Assembly: GCA_050084515.1 (NCBI GenBank)
Contig: CM114271.1
Span: forward strand, 42,408,001 to 42,472,000
Length of the DNA: 64,000 bases
Direction of reading: 5' to 3'
DNA from: Blasia pusilla
Taxonomy: Eukaryota
Of the stretch, positions 1-12,348 are shown piece after piece (within the stretch, counting starts at the first letter, position 1; each line of letters opens with the position of its first letter). The translations under genes and the position numbers were made by a program. The notes below the pieces were generated by a model. It was not told the DNA's origin. It ran no database searches and saw only the letters and a list, made by a program, of their open reading frames with translations.

Positions 1-609
1 AACGCAGATTTCACCTTTCATGCAGCAAGAATATTTAAGAGAAAAATCCTAAAATTTCAAGTTTTACTAGATGATTCCACCAATCAGGAATCCAAAGTGG
101 TTGTTGAATCCCGTGATCGAGGGATTCAACCACTTCAACAAGTAATTCTAACCAAGAACAATGGGGTGAAAACTAGAGGTGCAATAATTTAGATTCATAC
201 AATGGAGAGGTTATCACGTCTTTTGTTTGTGAACCGAAGAGTATACATATAGTGTATCCAAGGAGGTTGAATGTCGGTTTTGTGAGGTCTAGGAGGCCAT
301 GTTGAGTAGGGTAACATGAGTATTCACGCTACCTCCTATTTTGAGCTCATTTGGAACTATTTGAGGAACTTGTTGTTTATGGTGAGTTTTCTATTAATAG
401 AAACAAAGAAAAATAGGTAAAAACCCTAGTTTTTCCCGAGTAGTCAAATAGTCGGGAGCCGCAGCGGTAGCGCATTCTTGTATGTCGAGTTATCTCCCAG
501 TTCAGGTTCCATCGAAGCTCTTCTGTGAGCGCACGGACGGACTAGGCCACTTTGTATCTCTAAGTTTTGTAAAGATTTCAGTGATTTCGTCACTTTCTGT
601 TTTCTCACA

Positions 610-621
610 TGGTATGAGAGC
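610..621 (+). promoter_or_regulatory. Primer binding site, tRNA-iMet type
   Basis: TGGTATGAGAGC directly after the LTR end; one mismatch to the canonical TGGTATCAGAGC. Confidence 0.85.
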
Positions 622-681
622 AGTAGGTTTTCCAGTATTTTGTATCTGGCGATCTAGTGTGTTTGCACAAAATCTTGAGAG

Positions 682-3600
682 ATGGCTACCTCTTCGTCAG
701 TTCGTGCTCGCCCTCCTCCGCTGGATGAAGGGAAGTTAGATGGGTCTAACTATACGTTGTGGAAGTTCAAAATGAGAACTGTTCTCGAATCATTTGAGAT
801 CTGGGAAACGGCCACAGGGGTCGATTCAAATCCACAAGCTAGTGTGAGTTCTGCATGTTCATCTTCATCTGGGGACATCGATCCTGTTGTATTATTGGCA
901 TGGAGACGCAGAAATGCTGATGCTCTATATGCGATTGTCACGAATGTAACTGATTCTATCATGACTCTCATTCAACATACAACCACTACTGCTGAGGCGT
1001 GGAACATTTTGAAGAATCAGTATGAAACAAGGAATGAGACTCGGATTCAGAATCTGGAGAATCAGCTTACGTCCGAGAAATTTTCAGAAGGAGAAAGCGC
1101 GGAGCAATTTTTGACAAGGATCAAGAATCTTCAAGATCAGATGGCGTCCGTGGGAATTTCAAAGTCTAGCGAAGATTTGGCACGTCGGTGCATAAGGATT
1201 TTGCCTCCAAGGTATGACAGTTTGGTCACTGCACTGAATACTCAAGTAAGACCCACGCCGCTTACTTTTGAACAATTTAGTGCAATGTTGGTAGAAGAGG
1301 AAATGCGCTTCAAAGCAAGAGAGGGAAGTGACGCAGCATTTACTGCCAACGTACAGAGAGGTAGAAATCAGGATTACAGTTCAAATGTCAAAAAGAAATT
1401 TCCAAGAAAAACCTTCAAATGCTTTTATTGTGGTAAGCTAGGTCATGTTATCAAAGATTGTAGGAAGAGGAGTCAGGATGAGAAGAACGGTTGTTTAAGA
1501 CCTAAGAAGGAGTCTGGAAATTCTGTAGAACTGGGAGAACATGAAGTAGATGCTTGGGTAGCAATAGAAGAGTTTTGCACACAGGCAGAACATTCCACTA
1601 AGACAAAGAGTGAAGATGCATGGGTGCTCGATAGTGGAGCATCTAGGCATATGACCAATCATAAGGATTGGTATAGCTCCTTCTGACCTCTCAGAGCCCA
1701 TTGTTATTCTTGTTGGGAATAATGCAAAGTGCCCTGTAGAAGGGAAAGGCACAATTTCTTTAGTCTCACAAAAGGAGATGAAAAGAAGTTAAGCGATGTC
1801 TTCAGACGCACTAGAGTTGAAGCGAAATTTGATTTGATGGCGTATTATGTGATCGTGACCTAGAAGTTCGTTTCAAGAAAATCGAGCGATCATTGAGGAT
1901 GCCAATGGGAAAGTAGTGGGTGAAGGTATACGACGTGGAAATATCTACGAGTTGTATGCTTTCACGACAAGTGTAGGTACATATCTTAGTAGCAGTAAGT
2001 TGTGGCATGAAAGATTTGGTCACCTAAGCTTTCCCTTACTAAGTCAAATGAAGAAATCTGGCATGGTTCTTTGATTTACCAACAATTTGGAGTGTCGATA
2101 CTTGTGAAGCTTGTATGATGGGCAAGCAACACCGACAACCATTTCCACAAGAGTCCAAAGCAATAGGGCAAAGGCTCCTCTAGAGTTGATACATGCTGAC
2201 CTCTGTGGTAAAATGAGAACAGTGGCATTAGGTGATTCTTCATACTTCTTTTTAGTTGTCGACGATTATAGTAGGAAGATGTGGGTGTATTTCCTTTGTG
2301 ATAAGGCAAGTGCTTTTGGAAAATTTAAAGTATGGCACAAGCTGGTTGAGAATGAGACAGGAAAGAAGGTACAAAAGCTTCGCACCGATCGAGGAGGAGA
2401 ATTTTTATCAACGAATTCAACCAATATTTGGGGGAGCATGGAATCAAGCCGAAGGTTAACCACGGCACATACACCACAACAAAATGGAGTTGTTGAGCGT
2501 CGAAACCGTACAGTGGTGGAGATGACAAGATGTATGATGAAAGCAAAAGGTTTGACAGAAGGATTTTGGGCTTAAGCTGTTAATATTGCCGTATACATTC
2601 TAAATAGAAGTGCTACCAAGTCAGTGCAAGGCATGACTCCTCATCAATCATACTCAGGTAAGGTACCATCAATCCAACATTTCAGGACTTTTGGTAGTGA
2701 GTGTTTTGTACATATTCTTGAAGCATCGAGGACCAAGTTGGAGTCCAAGAGCAGGAAGTGCATCTTTATAGGATACAGTGATGAGTCTAAAGCTTATCGC
2801 CTTTGGTGTCCTGAGGAAAAGAAGATGCTTGTGAGTCGTGACGTGGTGTTCTAGGAACAGCCTCGTCAAGTGGCGGATATCAGTGGTCCGTCCACATTAT
2901 CATCAAACAAAGAGATAACCCACCAGAGCACACCACAGATGTTTACACCAGATCATCAAGAAGAAGAATTTGGTGATGATTACAAAGAGCAACCTGCTCT
3001 TCCACTACAGTCGTCATACCCTAAGTAGATAAATCAGCTCTTGGATGGTAAGGATCCACAAGCAACTGATGAAGTTGTTACACATCCAAGGAGATCCAAG
3101 AGACTAGAGGAGCAGAATAGAGCTTCCGTACATCTCGTCAACATGGCCCTGATGATAGAGGTCTTGAAGGTGGAAGAGCCATCATGCTTGGATGAGGCCC
3201 TGGCTCATCCTCAATGGAGAGAGGCCATGCAGACGGAGATGGACGTTATTTAGAGAAATGAAACTTGGACTTTGGTTAAAAAGCGAGAGGACAGGAAGAT
3301 AATACGCACCAAGTGGGTGTACAAGACCAAGTACAAGTCGGACGGTATATTAGATAAATTCAAAGCGAGGTTGGTCGCACAAGGATGCTCACAAATCGAA
3401 GGCTTTGACTACTATGAGACTTTTGCTCCCACTGCAAGGATGACAACCATTCGAATTGTTCTAGCGGTTGCAGGAACAAGACGTTGGCCTGTATACCAAT
3501 ATAATGTGAAGTCTGCTTTTCTGAACGGGAGTCTCAAGGAGGAGGTATATGTTTCTCAACCACCAGGTTTTGAGACAACCGGATCAGAAGAGAAAGTTTG

Positions 3601-4688
3601 TTTACTTCATCGAGCATTGTATGGGTTGAAGCAAGCCCCAAGGGTATGGTATCAACGAATAGATACATTCTTTCGAGAGAAGGGTCTCATGAAGAGTCCT
3701 TCAGAAGCAAATTTGTATGTGTTTTGCGAAGATGGGATGTATATGTTGATAGTCTTGTATGTGGATGATCTGATCATCACATGAGACCACAGTAAGAAAA
3801 TAGAGGAAATGAAGGGAGTGTTGGAATCTGAGTTTGAAATGTCAGATTTAGGTCTTCAGACTACTTCATAGGACTGGAAATTTGGCAACAAATGATTCTA
3901 TTTTTCTCTCTCGTGTATATGCTAGAGAAATCTTGAAGGCATTCGGGATGACCGAGTGTAAGGCGATGGTCTCGCCAATGGAGATAGAGTTGAAACTCGA
4001 TGGAGGATGTTTCACCATTGGTAGATGAAAAGATGTACAGAAAGCTTGTGGGCGTTTGATATTTTTGTGTAAAAGAGACAGACATTTGCTTCATTTGTGG
4101 GAGTATTGAGTAGGTTCTCAACTAAGCCTCGTGAGAACCATTGGAAAGCGAGGATCGTGTGTTGAAGTACATCAAAGGCACTATCGAGCACGGCATCACC
4201 TATGGAGCAGTGGGACGGAAATGACAGTTTATGTGACTCAGATTGGGGTGAGATTGAGATTCTCAAGATCGTTTCGGGTTATTGCTTCTTGGTAGGATCA
4301 GGTGTGGTGTCATGGGTCAGCAAGAAGCAACCTACAGTGGCTCTTTCTTCTACCGAGGCAGAGTACAAGGCGGCTTGTTATGCTTCTTGTGAAGCAGTAT
4401 GGTTGAGATGGATACTAGAGGACATAGGAGAAGCACCAGAAAGTGCTATTGTAATGTGGTGTGACAATCAGAGTTGCATTGCCATAGCACATAATCTTGT
4501 GTTTCATGCTCGTACAAAGCACATAGAGATCCAGTGCCATTTTTTTTGTGAATTGATCGAGAGAGAGGTTTTGAAGGTTAGTCTATTGTCCAACAAAGGA
4601 TAACCGTGCAGACATCTTCACGAAAGCCTTGAGCGGAGATCAGCTTCACCGATATCTGAAGGGTCTTGGCATAGGTCCAAGAAAGTAG
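682..4688 (+). pseudogene. Copia gag-pol polyprotein with stops and frameshifts
   Basis: LDGSNYTLWKFKM; zinc knuckle CFYCGKLGHVIKDC; protease WVLDSGASRHM; integrase HADLCG / VDDYSR / RTDRGGEF / NGVVER; RT KARLVAQG, LYGLKQAPR, LYVDDL; RNase H SSTEAEY, CDNQS, RTKHIE. Confidence 0.95.
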
Positions 4689-4708
4689 TCCACATGAGAA
4701 TGGATATT

Positions 4709-4718
4709 GAGGGGGGGG
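4709..4718 (+). promoter_or_regulatory. Polypurine tract of the copia element
   Basis: GAGGGGGGGG just after the end of pol and immediately before TATTGG (a mutated TGTTGG LTR start). Confidence 0.8.
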
Positions 4719-4998
4719 TATTGGATTCTCAACATCCACTCCTTTGAGCACCATTGATTTGATCGGCCCCCTTGTATGAAGAGAAGCTTAGATTGATGGT
4801 TCCGACTTAGACGTCGAAGGAGTCATAGTAATATGACGTAGGTGGTTTACGGAGTAGCGTTACTAGGTTTATCTAACCCTATATTGCATCAGGGTGCGGG
4901 GCACCCTGAATTTGGTGCAAATTTTTTCTATTAATAGAAACGAAGAAAAATAGGTAAAAACCCTAGTTTTCCGAGTAGTCAAATAGTCGGGAGCCGCA

Positions 4999-5137
4999 GG
5001 GTTGGAACGCTGGTTGGCCGAGACTCGACTAATGAGAGTGCGTGTTTGGGTGCAAATGGGCGATGAGTTCGTGACCTACTGAACGTACGCTTCCGCAACA
5101 CTAAAGATTGACGTTCAAGGAGAGTAGGGGCGCGATA
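4999..5137 (+). repeat. 3'-terminal fragment of the chromovirus-family LTR
   Basis: Closely matches about 59873-60010 (GGGTTGGAACGC...AGTAGGGGCGCGA(C/T)A). Confidence 0.85.
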
Positions 5138-5225
5138 ATCTTGGCATGAGGTGGTGGACCTATGATCCTCCTTGCATCGTGAGTGACCCAAGTCTTTCAT
5201 TAGGAGAGTGGGTTTGGTTTAACAT

Positions 5226-5596
5226 GAGAGAGAGTAGAGTAGAGTAGATTTTTAGTCCACGGGAAGCCGATCTGGCTTATGGGACCCCTTCCACATATGT
5301 GAAATTGACATCACATCCGACATGGCACCTTCACATATAGATTTGGGGTTCTCACTCAGGAGATTTGTTTTTTTTTTTTTGTATTTTTCTTTTGTGAAGG
5401 CTTGGAATTTTATCCAGATTTTTAACCTGGGAGCATAGTCAAGGCACACACATTAAAGGCACACAAGGTGTTCTCTCTCTCTCGAACATGGACGCCACTG
5501 CCCTGGGGTTGAGACCGCCCTCCACTGTCCAAGGGGAGAGTTGAACCCAAGACCTCTTCTAGAGCACCTTATGTTTGTTCAGCTAACCTCTTGGTC
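5226..5596 (-). mobile_element. Probable tRNA-derived SINE
   Basis: Minus-strand head CCAAGAGGTTAGCTGAAC...GGGTTCAACTCTCCCCTTGG has A-box-like and B-box-like motifs and an acceptor-stem-like pairing. It ends in a simple-repeat tail (CTACT)n/(CT)n. Confidence 0.45.
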
Positions 5597-5598
5597 AT

Positions 5599-5600
<2 letters not shown>

Positions 5601-5665
<65 letters not shown>
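5601..5665. repeat. (GA)n microsatellite
   Basis: Perfect GA run of 65 bp. Confidence 0.98.
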
Positions 5666-5669
<4 letters not shown>

Positions 5670-7694
5670 GTTTGTGCGCACATTTGAATGATTATGATTT
5701 ACAAAGAGAGAATTGAGAGCTTTATAATGAGTCTTATTGTTGTTGCTGGTCAAGGACCGTTTTCTTTGTTCAATGGCTCATGGGAGCCAAAGCCACTCAT
5801 TTGAGTGTTATGTTATTCAATTTTTTGCACAAGAGAGTGACGCGCCGAAGCGTTGCTCAATTTTTTAGTGGAATTGAGTGTGGGGGAGGGGTTCTCCTTG
5901 TTGGTGCTCTTGTTTAGCTTGCTTGTTCTCAATTTTTTGTGGAAGAAATCAATGCGGAAGTGATGCCAATTTTTTCCTAGGAGTGGAGGTTGCGGGTTGC
6001 ACGAAAATCACAACCAATTTTAAATGGAAGGTCTGATGACATTTTAGATCTGGAAGTTGTGCACGTTGGCTAGGAAACAATGTGCAATTTGGAGATTTGA
6101 GCATAATGTTTTGGCCAATCTCGCAAGTTGACATAGCCACTATGTCAACTTGCGAGACTATTAAAGAAACTCTAATTTCACTATGTGAGTGAAATTAGAG
6201 TTTCTTTAATAACTCCTTGTATGAGGGGTACAAAAGGAAAAATATACTTTTCATCTTCTAGTGGATGGAATAAGGAAAATTTTGACTTGAGGGTGAAGTT
6301 GAGTGAAAGAGTCAATTGGGAGGGATTGATCCACCATTGATGGAGTTGGTGGGAAATTTTGAGTGTGGGCCTGATTTTTAGGATATGAGTTTAGTTTAAA
6401 AAAATTTTAAGTGGATAGGGGGTGTTACATTTTTTTTGATCAACTATGCTAGGTTTTATGTCCTTCCTAGACGCATTTTGTCCCTCCTCCCAATCATGTC
6501 ATTTTTGTCGTTCTGGCCAGTCTACGGCTAACCAACTATTGTGAAGCCGCGGAGTCAAAGCTCGTGACCGTTAGGAACACGGAGCTCTTGGCCCACAAGG
6601 TTGCATATGGATAAAGTTCGTGTCCACAGACGTCTCCATGTCCGTGGATTTACATCTGTCCTATAGAAGGACTTGTCCAAATGGGCCCCATCATCCCCTT
6701 CTTTCCCATCCCCCTCCTCCCCTCTTGCCTTTGTGATCCGCACTTTCTTATATTTTGCTCCTTCCTCCTCCATCCCCTTCCCCCTTATTATCATATCTGC
6801 CCTTGCCCTGCCTTCCACCATGACTTATAAGTGTGGGCCCTATCTTTTTCAATCCATATCTCTAGACATATCCATACTTGTCCGTCCATATTTGTCCTAG
6901 GGACAGACTTGTCCATTTTTTTGCAACCATGTTGACCTACGTAAGGGAGTGAAGGGACCCAACAACCATAGCCACATCTTGCGGTTATCAAGTTGCTGCC
7001 AACACGCAATCTTGTCCAATGTAGTCTCACTAGGTCCACTCTTTGAAACTTGTTCGTAGTCAACCTATCGCATTCCTGCCGTCGTCATGATTTTTGCCGT
7101 GGGCCACATTGACGCCGCTCGCCTAGCATGCCTATGTCATCACACCTAAACACACCTTTTGGCTCGCGGCTACCGCACTTAGCAGCTACCCTAACTTGAT
7201 AACGGTCGGTCCTCACATCCAAAACCCAACTTCTACCTTGCTGAAGGTGACTACGTAACCTAACGGGAGTTGTGGCAAGTGACCTCCTAACACGACACAA
7301 CTCTTGTTACTTGCCAGCTATTACCGTGGTCAATTCCATTCTCAAAAAAATTTCCCATCTATCTCCGTTATTAGGCCTCATGCATCAACAATGTCTAATG
7401 TTGTTGATCAACGTTCCTTGCCATTCTTACTTAGATGGCTATGATTGATGGGCGTTAATTGTCCAATTTGTGTCACCGCCACGTTGTCATTGAATGATTA
7501 GGTGATGGTTTCCCAACATGGCATGAGATCTTTTGACTGATGGGGTCAAGTTTTGAGGTTTTTCCAACCATGCATAGTGATTGGTAGTTGCTCGAAGATG
7601 ATTTTTCATTGATTTTCACGATTGATTTTCACATCGTGCCGGTCGTGGCCATAGTGTATTGTCTTGATCATTGAGACCCCCCAACACTAAGGAG

Positions 7695-7871
7695 GGGTTC
7701 CGTCCGTGGTGCGTTCTTGCAGGCTTGGGGTGTATGTTGTGTGGTTTCCTCCGTGGTGCAGCCACTATGCTTTTCTGTGATGGGTGTTCGGGAGGATGGC
7801 ATATGGCATGTTTGACGCCACCTCTCACTAGGGTTCTTCAGGGACGATGGATGTGTCCCAGATGTACATAG
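7695..7871 (+). pseudogene. PHD finger, C-terminal module of the element's integrase
   Basis: CMLC...MLFCDGC...WHMACLTPPL...GRWMCPRC gives the C4-H-C3 pattern. It is followed by the same 3'UTR/PPT seen in copies B and D. Confidence 0.88.
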
Positions 7872-8047
7872 AGTAGGTAGTTCTATATTCTGACTTGTGT
7901 GTGTGATATGGATGAAGGCGACTAACGATGGGGCCACATGAGCACCCGGCCTTCTTGCTCTTAGCGTCTGAGAGATGTATGTTATGGTAGGTAGGGATAG
8001 ATGGCTATCTAGAGTTAGAGGGACCTAACCACCAGCTAGGGGGGCGA

Positions 8048-8263
8048 TTGGAGATATTTTGGTACTTCTTCTCTCGTTGTTTGGATGCCATGAGTTAACT
8101 TGGGATCGTGCGTGTTTGTGTGTGTGTTGGGTGACAGCGAAGTATGTTGTGTAGCGATGTGTATGCGTACGACAACTTTCACGTCTTTTGGGATAGATCG
8201 GTGAGATCCAGTAAAGCGCCTTTGTGAGTATAGGAGGACAGACTCACTAGGTCGAGGATGACC
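8048..8263 (+). repeat. B1 (8048-8174), AC spacer and truncated A2 (8177-8263) of copy A
   Basis: Follows the PPT-like CTAGGGGGGCGA. Junction reads GCGTACGACA-AC-TTTCACGTC. Confidence 0.8.
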
Positions 8264-8269
8264 TCACTG

Positions 8270-9520
8270 AGTACCATCAATGTTTGGAAGATGACATTGC
8301 GCACAGTTACCCTCATGGTCCTTCCAAACATACCATCGCGTCCCTCCAATAAGAGAACATCGGATGGCAAAACCTCACGCACTCTCAAGATGGTGCGCAC
8401 TGCAGTCACATCCAACATCTTGTGTACCGTCTACTACAAGTAGACATAGTCTCCCCGATGAAACCTCCAAATAGTAGGTCAATATCCACCTCCATGAATA
8501 GTTGCATACCTCAACGTATCCCGATGTTGCGCAATCGCCAAGTTTTCAAACGCCATGGGCATCACTCTCCGAAACAACTTAGCCCTCTCGGAACATGCTC
8601 GCATCCATATATCAGGGTCATCAAAGTTCAACACCTCACCAGTATCTCAACGAATGGCCTCTGGTAAATGCAGCTCTTGGCCATAAAGCAACAAGTATGG
8701 TGAGAAAGACGCTAAGGATGCTTGCCTACTGAATCTGTATCCCATTGCCAACCACGGCAACTGAAGGTCCCAATCTCCTAGGTGACCTCTCTGCAAGCCA
8801 TACTTGCGTAGTCCTCTCTTCACCGTCTGTACAACCCGCTCCGCTAGTCCATCCGCCTCAGAATGATCTCGCAAAGTAGGGTGGTGGTCGATCAGTGCCT
8901 GATCACACAAGGCCTGAAACTCCCTGCAGAACTCTGTACCCTGGTATGTCAACACCTCAACTGGTGCGCCGTAATGACTCAACACTCGATCTAGGAAGGC
9001 ATACGCAACTCCCTCACTCACTTTGTCAGGAAATGCAACCAACTCTATCCACTTTGAGAAGTGCTCGACCATCACCAACACATCATGACTATGACGCACC
9101 GTTAAAGGCAGAGGTCCTACAAAATCCAAACTCCACCTATAACCTAAACCCATGATCTGAAGTGGATGCAATTGTGGAGTTGGAACATTGAACGATGCTC
9201 GAACTCGATCACACACCATGCATCTGGCAAAAAATTTCTGAACGTCAGTCTGCATGCCTCGCCACCAATACTGAATTTGGAGCAAGTTATACGTCCGCTT
9301 CACTCCAAAATGATCTAACTCCTCGTGGGCATGACGCACCAAACATGCTCTCTGCACAGGATGAGGCACTACACGCACTCTACCATCCTCCCATACTCGC
9401 AATACATGTGTGCCCTCCCACCGAAACGGTCTGGCTCGTTGTAGGACCCGATCCCGCTCTCTAAAACCCACTGTGCTTACGACGCTGCCAGTACGCAGAT
9501 AGTCCAAGACCATTCCATCG
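8270..9520 (-). pseudogene. Gypsy-type DDE integrase, copy A
   Basis: HHCC motif (HAHEELDH...CMVC), WSLDFVGP, LTYQGTEF (second D mutated), GLAERVVQT, SPYLLLYG; the C-terminal extension ends ...HLPNIDGT at the breakpoint. Confidence 0.92.
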
Positions 9521-9531
9521 TCGTGAATGTC

Positions 9532-11170
9532 TCAGCCACCTATCGTCTCCTCACCGGCCTCTGGATCTAAGGACTCTCCATCATACCTCCCCATTGAAGT
9601 CTCAGTAATCTGGCTCTCCATAGCCAACAAGCCAAAATAGGTTGACGCATGCCATCGTGGCACCAACTCCCCATCACTCTCACGATGCCAACGAGCTCCA
9701 GTCGCATCTCGCTGACTCGGGCATGGGTTACGGCTCAAACCATCTACATCCTGGTTGAGCGTCCAAAGTCTATGCACCACGTGGAAGTTATACTCTTGCA
9801 ACAAAAGAGCCCACCTTGCCAGCTTCCCTGTAAGCTTGTCGGACTCCATCAACCACTTAAGTGGTTGATGATCAGTAATGATGGTAAAGGGATTGCCGAA
9901 TAGATAATATTTGAAATGTGCGATAACCCACATTGCAACCAAGCACTCACCCTCATACGAGCTAAACTTCGCTTCTACAGCATTGTTTGAGCGACTAGCA
10001 TAAGCCACCACAAACTCTCTACCATCATCGTCATGATGGGTGAGCATGGCTCCAAAGCCTCAACATGCTCCAATCGGTATGCAACTCGAAAAGAAGACCC
10101 CTGATCGGTCTCCTCAATATGGGCGTGGACGTCAATATGTCCTTGAGCATCTGAAATGCTCTCTCTTGCTCATCCCCCCAATGCCACTCTTGATCCACCT
10201 TGGTCATCAAGGTTAGCGGCTTCGCAATCAAACTGAAACCCTTGACATACCATCGATAGAAGTTTGCCAATCCCATGAATGCACGTACTTGACTCACATT
10301 TGTAGGGCGTGGAATGTGTGAAATAGCTTCTACCTTCGTCTATTGCACACCAAGGCCCCAAGGGTATATCATATGACCCAAGTATTCAATCTGGTCGTAG
10401 AAGAAATTGCACTTGCCTGGATGTAGCTTCAGCCCATGTAACTACAATCGTCGAAACACCTCCTCTAGATGTCGCTCATGCCCCTCAATCGTGGCGCTAA
10501 AGACTACGATGTTATCAATATAATACCTAGCAAAATCTAGACCTGCCAAGATCCTATCCATGACCCTCTAAAACTCAACTGGGGCGTTCTTCAACCCGAA
10601 TGGTAAGAACCGCCACTGGTACAAACAATCCTTCCCGTGAGGATCGATGTCCCAAAATGCCATCTTTTTCCTGTCCTCCAATCTGATAGGCAATTGATGG
10701 TATCCGGCTCGCAAATCCAATGAACTAGAGACCTTTGCATGAACAATCGCATCAAAGATCTCCTCAGGGGTGGGCATGGCATACCTATCGGCCTTTGTCT
10801 GCCGATTGATAGGTCAATAATCTCCATACATTCGCTTATCCGTCTAGTTTCCATGCACATCCTTCTTGGCGGGCATGACAGTGGTAGATGCATACTCTCC
10901 ATGCGACATATTCAGTAGTCCTACTCCAACCAAGTCCTACTGGCTCCTACCCTGAATTAGAGCTCTCTCCATATCACTGTACCTCTAGGATTGTCGGAAG
11001 ATTGGCGTATCACTCAACAACTCAATGCGGATCTCCGGTCCCTTCAGAATACCCAAATTCTCCATGCTAAACGCAAAGCAGCTCCTATAACTCCTAAGGA
11101 ATTGATGTATTTGGCGCCGCTCTCCTCCTGTCAACTTAGGGCCCATATCTAGTTCCCAAGTCTCCATCGT
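9532..11170 (-). pseudogene. Reverse transcriptase and RNase H, copy A
   Basis: LDLRAGYHQ, PFGLKNAP, YIDN (YxDD mutated), RAFMGLANFYR, LHTDWS, VAYASRS, ITDHQPLKWL, LARWALLLQEY. Confidence 0.93.
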
Positions 11171-11659
11171 GACTACGATAGGACTCTCTGGCGCGGATGT
11201 CGGTGGTTGCTATGGTGCAACCCCATTCTCAATATCCACATTGACATTGTCTTGAAATACTTCTTCAATAGAACTCCCATCTCCACGTGGTCCAAATACG
11301 GAAGAGTGAGATTCTTAAACCACACTTGTTCCCCAACTTGGCTATCATCTCACGGCGCATTTCCACTACATGCAAAACATCCCAAGAAGTCCAAGGTGTC
11401 TCTCCGGAAAATCACCCGAGAATGCTTCTTAGTCGGTGTGTTGATCTCCTCTTTGGGTCTCGTAAGTATTGGAACCGAAGTTTACTTTTTCCGTTTGCCC
11501 ATCCGTTTGAGGATGGAAGGCCGTACCCCGATCGGACCTCAACTAGGCAATCCTCAAACGGATTTGCCTTGATCACCAACCATCCAGGAATAGTCTCGGT
11601 AGGCATGGAGCTCACCAAAGCAACAATTGTGAGCTATCGCATCCTCAAACGACGTTGCT

Positions 11660-12348
11660 CAGCTACTCCTAAGCTGAAAATCCATGTGGGTAGCTTGAAG
11701 ACAAAGTTCAAGTCCATCGCTTAGCATAAAGAAGAGTGCTCACCGACATCCTCATCCGGCGTTGTGGAGCTCACTCTCAACAATTGTGACCGTTCAAAGA
11801 CATGACGTCGTGATGCCTCCAATAGTGACGGCATTGCCCTCACTCCTGTGGGGAATCCCATCACTCGCTCTCACTCATCGGCGTTGGGCTCCACCACCCT
11901 CTGCACCTGGTCATCCCAAGCCAAGCCAGGTCCGACCTCCTTGAATGCATAGTAAGCAGGAAAACTCACCAATGTGGGAAAAGCGGCTCGTGGCATGCCA
12001 ATCATGTTGACCATAGTCAACGGCGGTTGTCATCGTGCCTCACTGCCTGTGATCGATGGCCCGGATCCAATATAGAATCCACCAACAAATCGGAGAGACG
12101 CTCCACTCTCGCATAAGCCCTCCGCAATACCTCATGTGGTACCAAGTTGGTCCACCAAAGATGCGGGCGATGTGCTCGTGAACCCACACTCGCTGCATCT
12201 AACAACCTTGCCGGGCCGATCCATGCGCGCACTTGATGTGCACTGGTCACCACGCGGGACCTCGAATCGCCCAAAATTGGCATATTCTCCAAAATGTATG
12301 TTGGAGAACGAGACCGATGCTCATGTAAATATCGCACGATCCGCATCA
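11660..12348 (-). pseudogene. DNMT3-like C5 methyltransferase, motifs VI-X, copy A
   Basis: YILENMP...LLDAASVGSRAHRPHLWWTNL, followed by a degenerate EREMGF...MDLN region homologous to ERERAMGF...LGQAMDLNCL in copy B. Confidence 0.85.

Larger units (their letters stand above)
387..4999 (+). mobile_element. Ty1/copia LTR retrotransposon, decayed, both LTRs partial
   Basis: The 5' LTR remnant ends in ...TCACA (609), followed by a PBS. Domain order is gag-PR-INT-RT-RH. A PPT precedes the 3' LTR at 4719. Block 387-464 is repeated at about 4924-4999. Confidence 0.93.
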
